DNA from: Camelus dromedarius
Taxonomy: Eukaryota
DNA length: 64,000 nucleotides
Assembly (NCBI RefSeq): GCF_036321535.1
Contig: NC_087437.1
Span: forward strand, 59,956,001-60,020,000
Direction: 5' to 3'
This document shows, piece by piece, positions 23,821-37,554 of the stretch. Both the position numbers and the translations under genes were made by a program. Position 1 is the first letter of the stretch. Each line of letters opens with the position of its first letter. A model generated the notes under the pieces. It was not told the origin of the DNA. It searched no databases and was given only the letters and a program-made list of their open reading frames with translations.

Positions 23821-25743
23821 TTACAATTCTAATAAAATCTATATTTCTTAAAGAAGATGACATAAGAAATAAGCATTAAGAAAAATGATTTTCAAGCCAA
23901 TTTCATCTGTTTAAAAAATAAAATTATTTCTCTTTACAGAGGAAACCAAATCTGCATTAATATTTAAATAAAATGTTCAATCAGTATAGCAATTTATTTC
24001 CTTGATTTTAATTCAATCTTTGAAAGACAACCTAAAAGAATAATTCAAATTCTACTCTACCCACCACAAAAATCTTACTTTAATATATCAAAACACAGCA
24101 AGTGAAAACAACTCCAAAACTCCCTTATACCTTAGCTAGAGGTTTCTCATTTAGGAAGAGCAGAGGATTTAAATGTTTTACATACTGAATTCAAGTAAAT
24201 ACTATACAGCCCTTCAGGTTAAATGATTGCTAAGATCAGAGTCAAGAATAAAATTTTAGAAAACACAACCACACAAAATCTATGGGATGCAGCAAAAGCA
24301 ATCCTAAGAGGGAAGTTCATAGTGATACAGGCCTACCTCAAAAAATAAGAACAATTTCAAATAAACAACCTCACCTATCACCCAAAAGAAGCACATAAAG
24401 AAGAACAAATAAAACCTAAAGTCAGTAGAAGGAAAGAAATAATAAATATCAGGGAGGAAATAAACAAAATAAAGATTAAAAAACAATGGAAAAAAAATCA
24501 ATAAAACCAAGAGCTGGTTTTTTGAAAGAGTAAACAAAATTGACAAACTTCTGGCTAGGATCACCAAGAAGAAAACAGCAAGTATCCAAATAAACAAAGT
24601 AAGAAATGAAAGAGAAGAAATTACAACCAATACCACAGAAATACAAAAAGCCATAAGAAAACACTCAGAACAATTATATGCCAACAAATTTGGCAACGTA
24701 GAAGAAATCCACAAGTTTCTAGAAATATACAGTCCACAAAAAATGAATCAAGAAGAAATAGATCATTTGAACACATTGATTACTAGGAATCAAATAGAAT
24801 CTGTAATTTTAAAAAAACAAAAAACAAAAAAACCTCCCTGCAAACAAAAGTCCAGGACCAGATGTCTTCCCTGGGGAATTCTACCAAATATACAAACAAG
24901 AACTTATACCAATGCATCTCAAACTCTTTCAAAAGACTGAAGGGAGGGAACGCTCCCAAACTCATTCTACGAAGCCACCATTACCCTGATACCAAAACCA
25001 GAAAAAGACACTACCAAAAAAGAAAATTAAGGGCCAGTATCTTTGATGAATACAGATGCAAAAGTTCTCAACAAAATATTAGCAAACTGAATCCAACACC
25101 TACATTCAAGATCATAAAAGATCATACACTACATTCAAGTTGGATTCATCCTAGGGACACAAAAGGATGGTTCAACATACACAAATCAATCAATATGATA
25201 CACCATGTCAACAAACAAAAGGACAAAAATCACATGATCATCTCAATGCAGAAAAAGTTTTGATAAAATTCAATATTCACTTATGATAAAAAAAAAAACT
25301 CTTACCAAAATAACTATAGAGGAAACATATCTCAACATAATAAAACCTATTTATGACAAACCCACAGCCAGCATAATACTCAACAGTGAAAAAGTTAAAA
25401 GCCTTCCCGCTAAAATCTGAAACAAGACAAGGATGCCCATTCTCACCACTTCTATTCAACATGGTATTGAAAGTCCAATCCATAGCAATCAGGCAAGAAA
25501 AAGAAATAAAAGAGATTCAAATTGGAAGGGAAGAGGTAAAACTGTCACTATATGCAGATGACAGGATACTACATAGAGAAAACTCTATAAGACTCCACAC
25601 AAAAACTACTAGAGCTAATAAACGAATTTAGCAACATCTCAGGTTACAAGATTAACATACAGGAATTTGTTGCATTTCTTTATACTAACAATGAAATATC
25701 AGAAAGGGAAAGTAAAAAAGCAATCCCTTTTAAAACTGTACCA

Positions 25744-25778
25744 AATACAATACAATACAATACAATACAATACAATAC
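25744..25778. repeat. (AATAC)n pentanucleotide repeat within L1
   Basis: Directly visible. Confidence 0.95.
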
Positions 25779-27134
25779 TTAGGAATAAACCTGAACAAGG
25801 AGGTGAAAGATTTACACACTGAGAACTATAAAACATTGATAAAGGAAAGTAGATGAATTTAAGAAATGGAAAGATATCCCATGCTCTTAGACTTCAAGAA
25901 TTAATATGGTTAAAATGGCCATACTACCCAAAGTAGTATACAGGTTTAATGTGATCCCTACCAAATTACCAAGGACATTTTTCATAGAAATAGAATATAT
26001 TATCCTAAAACTTATGTGGAATCACTAAAGACCCAGAATTGCCAAAGCAATACTGAATAAAAAGAATGAAGTGAGAGGTCTAACCCTCCTAGACTTCAGA
26101 CAATACTACAAAGCTACAGTAATCAAAACAGCATGGTACTGACACAAAAACAGACATGTGGACCAATGGAACAGAGCAGAGAGTCCAGAAATAAACACAC
26201 ACACCTACAGTCAATTAATCTTCAATAAAGGAGGTAAGAATATAAAATGGAGAAAAGACAGTCCCTTTAACAAGTGGTGTTGGGAAAGCCAAACAGCTGC
26301 ATGTAAATCAATGAAGTTAGAACATTCCTTGACACCACACACAAAAATAAACTCAAAGTGGCTTAAGACTTAAATATAAGACAGTACACCATAAATCTCC
26401 TAGAAGAAAGCATAGGCAAAACATTCTGTTACATAAATTGTAGCAATGTTTTCCTAGGTTAGTCTACCAAGGCAATAGAAATAAAAGCAAAAATAAACAA
26501 ATGGGACCTAAGTAAACTTATAAGCTTTTGCACAGTAAAGGAAACCATAAATGAAACAAAAATACAACCTACAGACTAGGAGAAAATATTTGCAAACAAT
26601 GCAACTGACAAGGGTTTAACGTCCAGAATATACAAAGAACTCATACAACTCAATAACAAAAAACAACCCAATCAAAAAATGGGCAGAAGACCTAAATAGA
26701 CATATCTCCAATGAAGACATAAAGATGGTGAACAGGAACATGAACAGATGTTCAATATCACTAATTATTAGAGAAATGCAAATCTAAACTACAATGAGGG
26801 GTCACCTCAAACCAGTCAGAATGGCCATCATTAAAAAGTCCACAAACGATAAAATGCTGGAGAGAATGTGGAGAAACGGGAACCCTCCTACATTGTTGGT
26901 GGTAATGTAATACGGTGCAGCCATTATGAAAAACAGTATGGAGATTCCTTAAAAAAGTAAAAATAGGATTACCATATAGTCCAGCAATCCCACTCCTAGG
27001 CATATATCCAGAGAAAACTCTAGTTTGAAAATATACATGCACCCCAGTGGTCACAGCAGCACTATTTACAACAGCCAAGACAAGGAAGCAACCTAAATGT
27101 CCATTGACAGATGACTAGATAAAGAAATTGTGGT

Positions 27135-27136
<2 letters not shown>

Positions 27137-27196
<60 letters not shown>
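27137..27196. repeat. (CA)n microsatellite within L1
   Basis: Directly visible, ~30 units. Confidence 0.97.
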
Positions 27197-27198
<2 letters not shown>

Positions 27199-27938
27199 GG
27201 GTGGAATACTACTAACCTGTAAAAAAGGATGAAATAATGCCATTTACAGCAACATGGATGGACCAAGAGATTATCATACTAAGTAAAGTCTGACAGAGAA
27301 AGACAAATATCATATGATATCACATATGTGGCATCTAAAAAATGACACAAGTGAACTTATTTCTAAAACAGAAAGACTCACAGACATAGAAAACAAACTC
27401 ATGGTTATGAAAGAGGAAAGGGGGAGAAGAGATAAATTAGGAGTTTGGGATTAGCAGGTACAAACTACTACATAAAAAAAGAGATAAATGACAAGGTCCT
27501 ACTATATAGCACAGGGAACTATATTTAATAACTTCTAATAACATAAAGAAAAAGAATATATATATATATGTATAAAACTGAATCACTATGCTGTACAGCA
27601 GAAACTAACACATTGCAGATCAACTATACTTTAATTTAAAAAAATAATAAAATTTTATTCCTCACAATACCTTACCCCACTTAAATGATGCCACATATTT
27701 AACAATATATGTGGTAAAATTTCACAGAGCTTGGATGGAAATCCCAAGTAATTTTCATAATTTACATACATATTTCATTCAGAGTTTGAAACACATGTCA
27801 GATGAATAGGCAGGAAAATCAATATTAAAAACAAAAAGAAAATCCTGTGTCCTTCAACTAACTAAAAACAGCACCAAAAATTCAATCTCTATGAAACCTT
27901 GCTATTAGCAAAGTCTTACGTTCTTGCCTAAATACCAA

Positions 27939-28012
27939 ACACAGACACACACAGACACACAGACACAGACACAGACACAGACACAGACACACACACACAC
28001 ACACACACACAC
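27939..28012. repeat. (CAGACA)n / (CA)n compound repeat
   Basis: Directly visible. Confidence 0.95.
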
Positions 28013-28129
28013 AATCTGGATTGAGTACAGGTTAAAAAATCTGTCAATTTACTTCCAAAGAGAAAAAAATAATGTTTTTTGTTGGTAGTATGTTAATCCC
28101 AAAGTATTAAACTCAAATTAAGCAGAAGA

Positions 28130-30210
28130 AAGGACATAAGATCAAATTGGAGGTCAGCTAAACAGAAAACAGAAAATCAATAGCCAAAAACTAGTGAAAC
28201 CAAAAACTAGTTCTTTCAGGTCTAAAACTGATAAACCCACAGCTAAAGTGATTAGAAAAAAAGAAGACACAAATTTCACAGAAGAAGGAGAGAGATAACT
28301 TCACCACAGATTCTACGGATGTTAAAACAGATAATCAGGTGGTTTGGGGAACAATTTTTTGCCGATAAAATAATAAGCTACAAAAATAAAAAAGATAAGA
28401 CAAACCCTAGAAGAAAATACATATTTGTGAAACATTTATCTGACAAAAGACATATCTGTAATATAGAAAGAACTCTTATAACTAAATAATAAGAGGATAA
28501 ACATCCAATTTTTAAAATATGGGCTAATGGTCTAACATTTCACCAAAGAAAACACATGAACAGCAAATAAACACAAGAAAAGATTCTCAGCTTCATTAGT
28601 TATTAAGGAAATGCAAATTAAAACCATAATAAAATTTTAAAAAGTGATCGTGACAACTGTTGACAATTGTGGTGAACAACTAGAACTCTCATACACTGCT
28701 GGTATAAGAGGATACAATCAGATCTGGAAAACAATTGCCGAAGTTTTGGAGGCTTTCTTTAATTTCTTTAAAGAAATTAAAAATTTTTAGAAATTTAATA
28801 TATAAAAGGATATTAACACTATTATAAACATTAATAAATAATAAAATAAATTCTTCTTTCCATAATTTTTCTTAGCAATTTCTTATAGATCTCACTATAC
28901 AAGCAGCTTTGTAAAAAGTTAAACATAATCCTACCTCACAAACTACTTACTTACACACACAAAAAATAAAAACATATGTCTATATAGACTTCTACATATA
29001 TTTTTATAAGCAGCTTTATTTGTAACAGCCAAAACCAGGAAACAACTCAAATGTTCATTGTATTGGCTTTAAAATATGTCCACAAATTCTTTGACATTCT
29101 TCCCTTCAAAAGAGGAGCCTTAATTCTTTTCCTCTTGAGAGTAGGCTAGTCATAGTGACTAACTTTTAATAAACAGTAATATGGAGGAGTGACAAAAGGT
29201 AACTTCTCAGACTGCCAGGAAAACTTAAAAACTTGTATCTTTCTCTTTGCCTTTACACTTGGATCACTTGTTTTGGGAGTAACCAGATTCCATGCAGTAA
29301 AAACACTCAAGAAACTGTGCAAAGAGGCTCCCTGGTGAGGAACTGAGGCCTGGAGCCAACAGCCACATACATGGCCCTATCTTGGAACTGGATCTTCCAG
29401 TCCCAGGGAAGCTTTCAAATGACTGTCGCTTCAGCCAACATTTTAACAGTGATCTCATTAAAGACTGAGCCAAAGCTACCCATCTAAGTCACTAAAAATT
29501 CCAGGCTCAGAAACTGTGATATAATAAATGTTTGTTGTTTTCTTTTTTTACTTTTTCTTACTGAAGTACAGTTGATTTACAATGTTGTATTAATTTCTAG
29601 TGTATAGCAGAGTGATTCAGTCTTATATATACGTAATATGTATTCTACATACACACTTTTTCATATTTTTTTTCATTACAGGTTATTATAAGCCACTGAA
29701 TACAGTTCCCTGTGCTATTCAGTAGGAATGTTGTTTTAAGCCACTATGTTTGGGGGTAATCTGTTATACAGTAACAGATAACTAATACATCCATGAACAG
29801 GTGAACGGATAAACAAATTGTGATGTATCTATACAACTATTGCATCTATTGCAATACTATTAAGCAATAAAAAAAAAGAAATAAACCATTGCTACAAGAC
29901 CATGACTGAGTCTCAAAATAATTACACTAAAAGAAATTAGACCAAAAAAAAATTTCCATTTATATGTAAATCTAGAAAATGCAATCTAATCAACAAAGAC
30001 AGCAGACCAGTGACTGATTAGGAATGAGGAGGCAGCAAATCAGGGAAGGAGAAATTATAAAGTGGCACAAGAAAACTTCTGAGGCATAACTGTTATATTC
30101 ATTAAATTAACTGAGGCAACAGGTTTATGGAGGTATACATTATGTCAACATTTATCAAACTGAACACTTTAATATGTAGTTTATGTCAATTATTCTCTAG
30201 TAAAAAAAAA
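28130..30210 (+). mobile_element. Old L1 fragments hosting an MLT1 LTR
   Basis: Degenerate L1 motifs (ggaaatgcaaattaaaacc, aactctcatacactgctgg, aaaaccaggaaacaactcaaatgt); boundaries approximate. Confidence 0.75.
29059..29789 (+). mobile_element. MLT1-type solo LTR with a nested antisense L1 tail (~29545-29728)
   Basis: TG...CA termini (tgtattggc / aactaataca), 5-bp TSD ttcat / tccat, aataaatgtttgttgttt poly(A)-signal region. Confidence 0.85.
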
Positions 30211-31709
30211 TTAATATATTCCAGAGAAAGAATTTTTTTGTGTAGTATTATTGTTGTTTTAAAACTATTAAAATATTACTATTTACATTCCCTAAAATAT
30301 AGCATTACCTAAGCTAAATTTTATATACATTTGGAGAGGATGAGAATTTAGGAAATAGGCAATAATCTAGCCTACCTATTTTGAACACCTCCATTAAAGT
30401 GAAAAGTATGTTGTTTATGCAGAGGCAAGCGAATAAAAATTCTGTCTCTAACTTGCCAATTTCAAGCTATCCAGCTACCTAACAGTTAACTCTTTTTTTC
30501 CTCTGGTGAACTGTTGTACAGAGCTGCTTCATTCAGTCTCACACCCTAGCTCACTTATCTATACCCCACTAAGAGAGAATTCACAGCATTTCTTTTCATA
30601 TACTGAAAGTAAAAAGCTATAAAAGACTTTAAAGAATCAGGGACTAAAACAAAAGTAGCCCTGTCAATGTCCCTGGAAGTTAGGTAAGGCAAGAAGTTTG
30701 CAAGACTCCTTCCTGAGATTTGCCCTTTATCTCTTTCCTCATTTTCCTTGTGTAGAGTTCTACTACCTTGACTACTTGGGAATTCTGATGCAGATCTGAC
30801 CCAGAGTGCTCAGCAATCACCCAAAAATCTTATCTGGGCTTTAGACCAAAAATAAAAATTGTTTCATTCTCAGAATTGAGTGCATCTTGGGTCTTCTCTT
30901 CCCCGTCTACACCACAAAACCTGGTATAACAGAGCCATAATGACAGATTTTGGAGGAGGAAAACAAGCTACCAACACAAAAACTAAGGTTCAGCTCCATT
31001 TCTGGAAATTAACAGCATTATTTCTAGCAACATATATATGACAAATACTCAACAATGTCATTTGACCTATCTGCTAGTTACAAACGGATCTTACTAAAGT
31101 GCACAGATAACATACATGGCCATTTAAAACAAAGGGCTTACACTCAGGTTATTGCCCGTTCATGTCCGCACCCAGTTAAAGCAACACTATCTCCACTGCG
31201 CTCAGGAAAGAACAAAAGCTACACAACACAGATAGCAGACATTCTACTCTAGGAAGTTTAGCAGAATAGGCTACCCATCTACAGAATTCATTGAACTATG
31301 TCCAGTTCTTACCATTTAGGTCCCACTGGCTAGGGGTAAAAATTTTGTCATTTAAAGTCTTTGTAATCCATTTAAACATTACTGAGTTACAACAGCAACC
31401 CCCTCTGACGCTTCTGCATGACATAATCACTCCTGTCCTTTTCAGAATCTACAGAGAGGCACAAGGCTATGGCCATTGACACTATGGATTCACTGAATCT
31501 TTTAGTTTATCTCATTAGGGTTGTAATAAATAGGTCTATAATAAATCAAGAACAAATCAAGAAGACACTTCTTTGCTTTCTTCAGAAACAAGTCCCAGTG
31601 TACAAGTGAATAGTCATCATTTGTTCCTGTTTTTGTACATCCTCTCCCTGTCCTAACCTATTATTCATTTATCTAAACCCTTCTTTCTTCCTTTCTTCAT
31701 TCCTCTAAG

Positions 31710-32865
31710 ACCATGGTTCTTCACTGGTTTGGTTGTGAATCAAAATCACCTGCAAAACTATCAGAAAATACAAAGGTCCAAGCTTGCTGAAGAAGAATGG
31801 AATCCTTCTGTATTTTTCAGTCAGTGCACAAGGTGATTCTGTTACTCAAAGACTGAGACAAACTGCTTTGACCCAGGGGTTCTCAACTGGCTACACAGTA
31901 TAACCAGGAGAATTTTTAAATACACTGATGATAATCAGAAGAACTAGTGAGATTCAGGAATCAGTATTTTTAAAGTTTCCCAGGTGTGAACAAGCATTAA
32001 CCACATCACCTGGGTGCCTGTTGGAAATGAAGACTCTCCAGAACCACGCCAGACTTAACAGAATCAGAATCTGCATTTACCAAGATTTTCAAGTGGCTTG
32101 TTTGGGAGAAGCAAAGCATTGTTTCTCAAACTGAGTTGCACACTGGAATGACCTGGGGAGCTTTAAAAATTTCTGATGCCTGGTTCTTACTCCATAGTCT
32201 AACTAGGCTAGGTTGCAGCCTTGGTTCATCCACTGCCACTCCACTGAGAAGAATTTATCAAGGCAGCTAAATCACTAAACTACTTTCACTAAAGCAGAAA
32301 GGGGCCTCTCTTCAGTGGATGTCCTGACAGATACAGTTCTTGGAAGTGGGCAAAAATAGTCTTGAAAACAGAAGTCAGCACATTTTTTTCTGTAAAGAGC
32401 TGTATTGTTATTGTAGGCTTATGGACCATGTGGTCTCTGTTACAACTACTCACCTCTGCCATTGTGCAAAAACAGCCATAGACAATACAGTGTTCCAATA
32501 AAAAATTTATATGAAAAAAGGTGGGGTGGGGGGAGAATGCGCTGGATTTGATCTGCAAGCCATAGTTGTTTAACTCCGCTAGAATACTGGTTCTCAAACT
32601 TTAGGGTATATCAGAATCACCCGGAAGGCCTGTTCAAACAGATTACTGGCTTCCAGCTTCACAGTCTGATTCAGTAGATCTGGGTGGTTCTAATAAGTCC
32701 CTAGGTGATGCTGAAGCTGTTAGCCTAGCAACCACAATTTAAGAATCACTCACCTAAAGTAGTGGTTGTCAAACTTTACTGCATGCCAGAATCACCTAGG
32801 GACATTTTTAAAATTCTAATACCACACTCCAGATAACATAAATCAAAATCTTTGGGGATGGGGAC
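31710..32865. mobile_element. Cluster of hAT MITEs (several MER5-like, one MER58A-like at ~32368-32580)
   Basis: Repeated ggttctcaa / agaatcacc / gaatcagaatctgcattt motifs; gaccatgtggtctctgttacaactactca. Confidence 0.78.
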
Positions 32866-32878
32866 CAATTTACTTCTG

Positions 32879-35800
32879 TAAAGGTTCTCAATGCTTGGCT
32901 CATGGCACACATTACAGTGTGTTGAAATACATGGCAGACTGTATATACAGATTGCCACCAACAATTCCTCTCATCCCTCCATATGTTATGTCACTCTCTC
33001 ACCAAGAGTTTATTTCCCTTGACCTTGAATCCGGGGGTGGCCCTGAGTCTTGCTTTAACCGAAACAATGCAGCAGAAGTGATCCCGTGTGACTTGTAGGC
33101 CTCGGCCTTAGGAAGTCTCACACCTACTAATTTCACCCTCTTGAAAGCCAGCTATCACATTAAGAAATCTGACTACCCTGCTGGAGAGAGAGAGAGAGAC
33201 CACAATGTAAGAGAAAAGTCCTAGAGGAAGAGAGACTCTAAAGGGCTCCAAAACCTAGCCAACCCCAGCTCAGGCACCAGATATGTCAGATCCTCCAGCC
33301 ACCGACAAGCCATTCAGCTAACACCAGTAGGAGCAGAGACAACCTGGCCCCTCCAAGCCCTGCCCAAATAAACAATGGTGGTTGTTTTAAGTCACTAAAT
33401 CTGGGAGTGGAGGTTAAACAGTCAGAGAGAACTGATAAGATGTCAACAGTCACGCACAAGATACTAGAGTTTGTAAGTTTTTAATGACTTTAAAAGTTAT
33501 AAATTATTAGGTATAGCCATTTAGAAATTAACAACTGCTAAAATTAAATTTCAATACCATTTGCATGAATTGTTCTGCTAAGTATCTAAATGCAATAACT
33601 ATTACTTTGGCAAGACTGTATAATGTTTCCCCTGGCATTACCATTTGAATCATCCAAAACTATTTTAGTCACAATTTGTCATCACTTTTTTGTTTTGTAC
33701 CCCTTGTCAAATATTGCATCTTCCTTTCCCTTATTTTTCACTATTCTTGGTCCTATTAATTTATTTTTCACATTTTTCTACTAACAAGGTGTGTATGATT
33801 GTTTCCTTAGCATCATTATCATTTGTTATGAGGTACTATTAGAATATAATTGATTTTGTTATTTTGGGGCCCTTCTTGATATTTATTTATTATTGGCTTT
33901 TAATGTTAATTAGCCAAAGTCTGACACTTGATGCAATTTCATTACATTTTGTTTTAAATTATTAAACAACATTTATTTCTGAAGATGAAATCAAGTGCAC
34001 GTAATTAAATCATTTTAAATGGGGCTGTAGGCCTTTGCAGTTTCAAAAAACATTTTGAAATTTTGATTTTCTGATCATACATGAACATAACATTTACTGA
34101 ATTAACTAAAATGAATTAATACTTCCCCCTTTGTATACTAAATGCCTGATTTTATAATCTGGCAGTATAATTTATTTTAAAACATTTTAAGAATGCAGAA
34201 AATTATACATACATGGTAAATTTTTGAACCTTAAAACATATCCTATTTTATTTCACATTTAAATAGATTTGGTTTTTACTGATTGCTGTTTTCCCACTAT
34301 AACAGACTATTTTTTTCATTAAACAGTGCTGGAAAGTAATTATATTCAGAAGGCAAACACAACAGTCCAAAATTCTCTTCTTCAACCAAAATATATATTT
34401 ATATGAAAGAGATTTTAAATAAAGCACAAAACATAAAAGACTTTAACACAATATCCATTTCATACAGAAAAAGACATATACTCTAAACTTCTACAAACAC
34501 AAAATAAGAAATGAAGTTCTTTTATGAGATTAGTTATAACAGTATCAGAGTAAGAAGCTGGTTAAAAGGTTACCCAATTAAGAGCTAGAGCCAGAATGCC
34601 TCATACAGTTACAAAATTGCATATAATACCAGCCTGCAAGGAAAATGTCAGAACTTTGTAATTTCTAAAGAAGCAAAGGAAATAGAAAATGTGCCACGTT
34701 CAAATAAGATAATCAACAGATCCATCTGATGGCATGCCAGATAAACACAGCAATAATTACTAACCCAGAAGATAACATTATCAAAAAGTTTTCATTGCTG
34801 AGTGATGATTCTTCTACATGTTAGTAACTGTGCTCAAATTAACAGCAATAGTTAAAATTTCTGAAGATTATCTTGGATGAAATACTCAAATGCCAGAAGA
34901 AAACTTTAAAACAAACAAAGATAAATTTGGAAACAGCAATTTTGCATGCTGATAGTACAGCCACAATGACAGTAAGATGTAAAAAAAAAATTTACCCTAA
35001 GAATTCATTTAGAAAACTCTGAAGACATAGTAACACATTATTTCACAAAGAATCTCTTATATATAAAAGTTTACATGAAGATATAAATTCCAAGTTAAAT
35101 TTAATCAAAATGATGCATGAATCCAAACAAAATATTCAAAGCATCTAGTTTCATTTGTTTTTCAGCTTTTTGAATAGAAATGATATAAAAATATCACTCT
35201 GTTGTTTCATACAAAAGTGTATTGGCTGTCCAAAGAAAGAGTTTTGCCTTAAGTTTACAAATTAAAAGTAGAATTCAAAAAGTTTAGGAGAAACAGTTTT
35301 GAACTTGCAGATGTTTAGTGCTAGTTATTGCCTTTAAAAGACAGCCTGGTTTTCTGCAATCTAATGATCTTATTTTAAGCAATCTTTGATATTTTTGACA
35401 ATTAACATGTATTAACAATCTTTATGGATTCAAAGTGCTGGAAACAAGAGGCTGAGAATGAGTCATTAAGGAGCCAGTGCTATAATCTGAATCCACAAAG
35501 AGAATTATTAAAAGTGGGTAGAAGGGGTTTAGCAGGCAGAACAACTTGCACGTATATCTGCAGAAACCTTCATAATTATTTGATTTTAAATCCCTTCAAT
35601 TTAGCCCAGAAAATTTAAGTATTATACGTGTTGATGAAAGAAAAGGAAGAGCAGTTCCAGATTGCTCCTTTAAAGTACAATTTAAAGAGATGGAATTATT
35701 TAAATTCTAATTGTAAATGATAAAGAAGCTCCTGTCAATCAGGAGCAAAGGGCAATAAATACTCATCTGCCTTTCACTAATATGTCTACCTTTGCAGACA

Positions 35801-36218
35801 AAGTTCTCATCAATGACAATGGCCAAGAATTTGAAAAGATCATCACTTTTTAAAGCTTAATCAGGAACTGCTTGAAACCATTTCATATGTTAAGATCCAT
35901 TTTTTAAAAAATTATATTCACAGAAGCTAGCTTAAGTTCCTCATTAAAATATTTTTAAAATATATGGAAGTGTTACACACATCCACTACATTGTTTCTTC
36001 CCTAACACTATGTTTTATTTTAACATAATTCTATAAAATGTAAAATATTTATTAATAATTTAACATAATGCCATAAAAAGGAAATTTAAACACTTTTCTA
36101 CCAACACCGATAGGACAAGACACCCTTATATCCCTCTGGAGTTTTCTCCAGTGTTCCACACAAATATGACCATCAGTTTCTATCTGTGCCATGAGATGAG
36201 AACAGCTGGGAAGCACTG
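32879..36218 (+). mobile_element. Fossil hAT-Charlie DNA transposon with decayed transposase; an MLT1 LTR is inserted at ~32930-33437
   Basis: 35199-35246 translates LLFHTKVYWLSKERVL (hAT LLFHTEVRWLS.G.VL motif); inverted subterminal ctcatggcaca (32899-32909) / tgtgccatgag (36185-36195); ends in cactg. Confidence 0.75.
32930..33437 (+). mobile_element. MLT1-type solo LTR
   Basis: tggcagactgtat start, cccttgaccttgaatc, ctgactaccctgctggagag, ggttgttttaagtcactaaat end motifs. Confidence 0.75.
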
Positions 36219-37554
36219 AACTGTTAAATTCTCACTACCTAAAACCATCTGTTGAGCAAATCAATGGATAGCTGTAATACAGAAAACCAAACATAGAAAA
36301 AACTAAACAAAAAGGATGACATTTTCACAGAATTTATGCACCAATTCACTTTAAAGCTTCATTCAGCAAATAATCAAATAAATATACCAAGTTCCTTATA
36401 CCAATGGACTTCATTAAAAGTGTTTATATTCTTGTTATAGATAGCTGCTAGTAACTTTTAAAGTATGACAGCCATATATGTTAGGCTTTTTAAAAAATTA
36501 TAAGAAGTATATAGCTTATGAGGTACCACAATTTTAGTAAACTTTTACAAAATTTATAATAGAGTTTCATGACACTGCAAAAGCAGCATATGTCCCTAGT
36601 TCTTGAAGATTTGCTCTCAAAAATATTATATATTATATTATAAAAGAATCCAAATAATTTATTTTTTAAATGACTAGATAATCTAAACCCAATCTATATT
36701 CTATTTTACTTGACTAATAATCCAAGTGGTTCTACTATTTCAAACATTTATTTAACCCACAAAGTTATTCATAAATATCACCTTTTGAACATCCAAACCC
36801 TCTTATTCTGATACAAACTAATACTCCAAGACTTAAGTGTTATGAGCTCTGCTACAGAATGTAAAGCAGATTCTAGAGTTTATTACCTTCTAGAAAGCAA
36901 TCTGTCTTATTCTATAAAGCCTCCTTTCTGCTATAATGCTATGTAATTAAAATTTCATTGTACAGAATGCTACCAAAATAAAGCATTTTATATAACTAGG
37001 CTTTTCCCACATTTTAACAAATGGCTCTGAGATCATATTTAAATCTTATAATCTTATAATAATGCTTTATAATATTAGAATTTTTATAATTAAAAGTCAT
37101 CTAGCAAAGTCCCTTCATTATACAGAGGTAAAGCACAAAGCTTAGAAAAATTAAATGACTTCTGCAGGATAGTACTGCAAGTACTGGCGATATAACAGTA
37201 AACAAGGTATGTGTCATCCTCATCTTTAATCTAGTTGAAGTGAGGTATACAATGTTACGATGGGGGAAGAAACTTTGCCACACATATAAGAATTCTGACA
37301 CAGGCCACTCATATTGGGAAAAATTAAGAGAAAAGTATTCATTCACAAGAAACAAAAGGGCCAAGTAAAGCAGACAGCCCAGCAACTGTAAAAGGAAAGA
37401 AAATTAAAACAAAGTAAACCAAGGTCTCACAATTTCATACTTATACGTATTAGTAGGAAAAGTTCTGAGAAGTTGTAAAAAGGAATTTGGGAATAAAATT
37501 GTAAAGGCACTGAAGATCCAGGTGTAATATCAAAGAGTCCTCTCTCTCCCTCAA

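Larger units (their letters stand above)
24259..27645 (+). mobile_element. 3.4-kb 5'-truncated L1 (disrupted ORF2 RT/C-terminus plus 3'UTR)
   Basis: ORF fragments [22 protein letters not shown]...LSLYADD and [12 protein letters not shown]; perfect TSD aataaaatttta (24247-24258 / 27646-27657). Confidence 0.97.

Noticed and set aside
24304..27078. Cluster of longer ORFs on both strands
   Set aside because: Frameshifted L1 ORF2 pieces and their antisense shadows, not host genes
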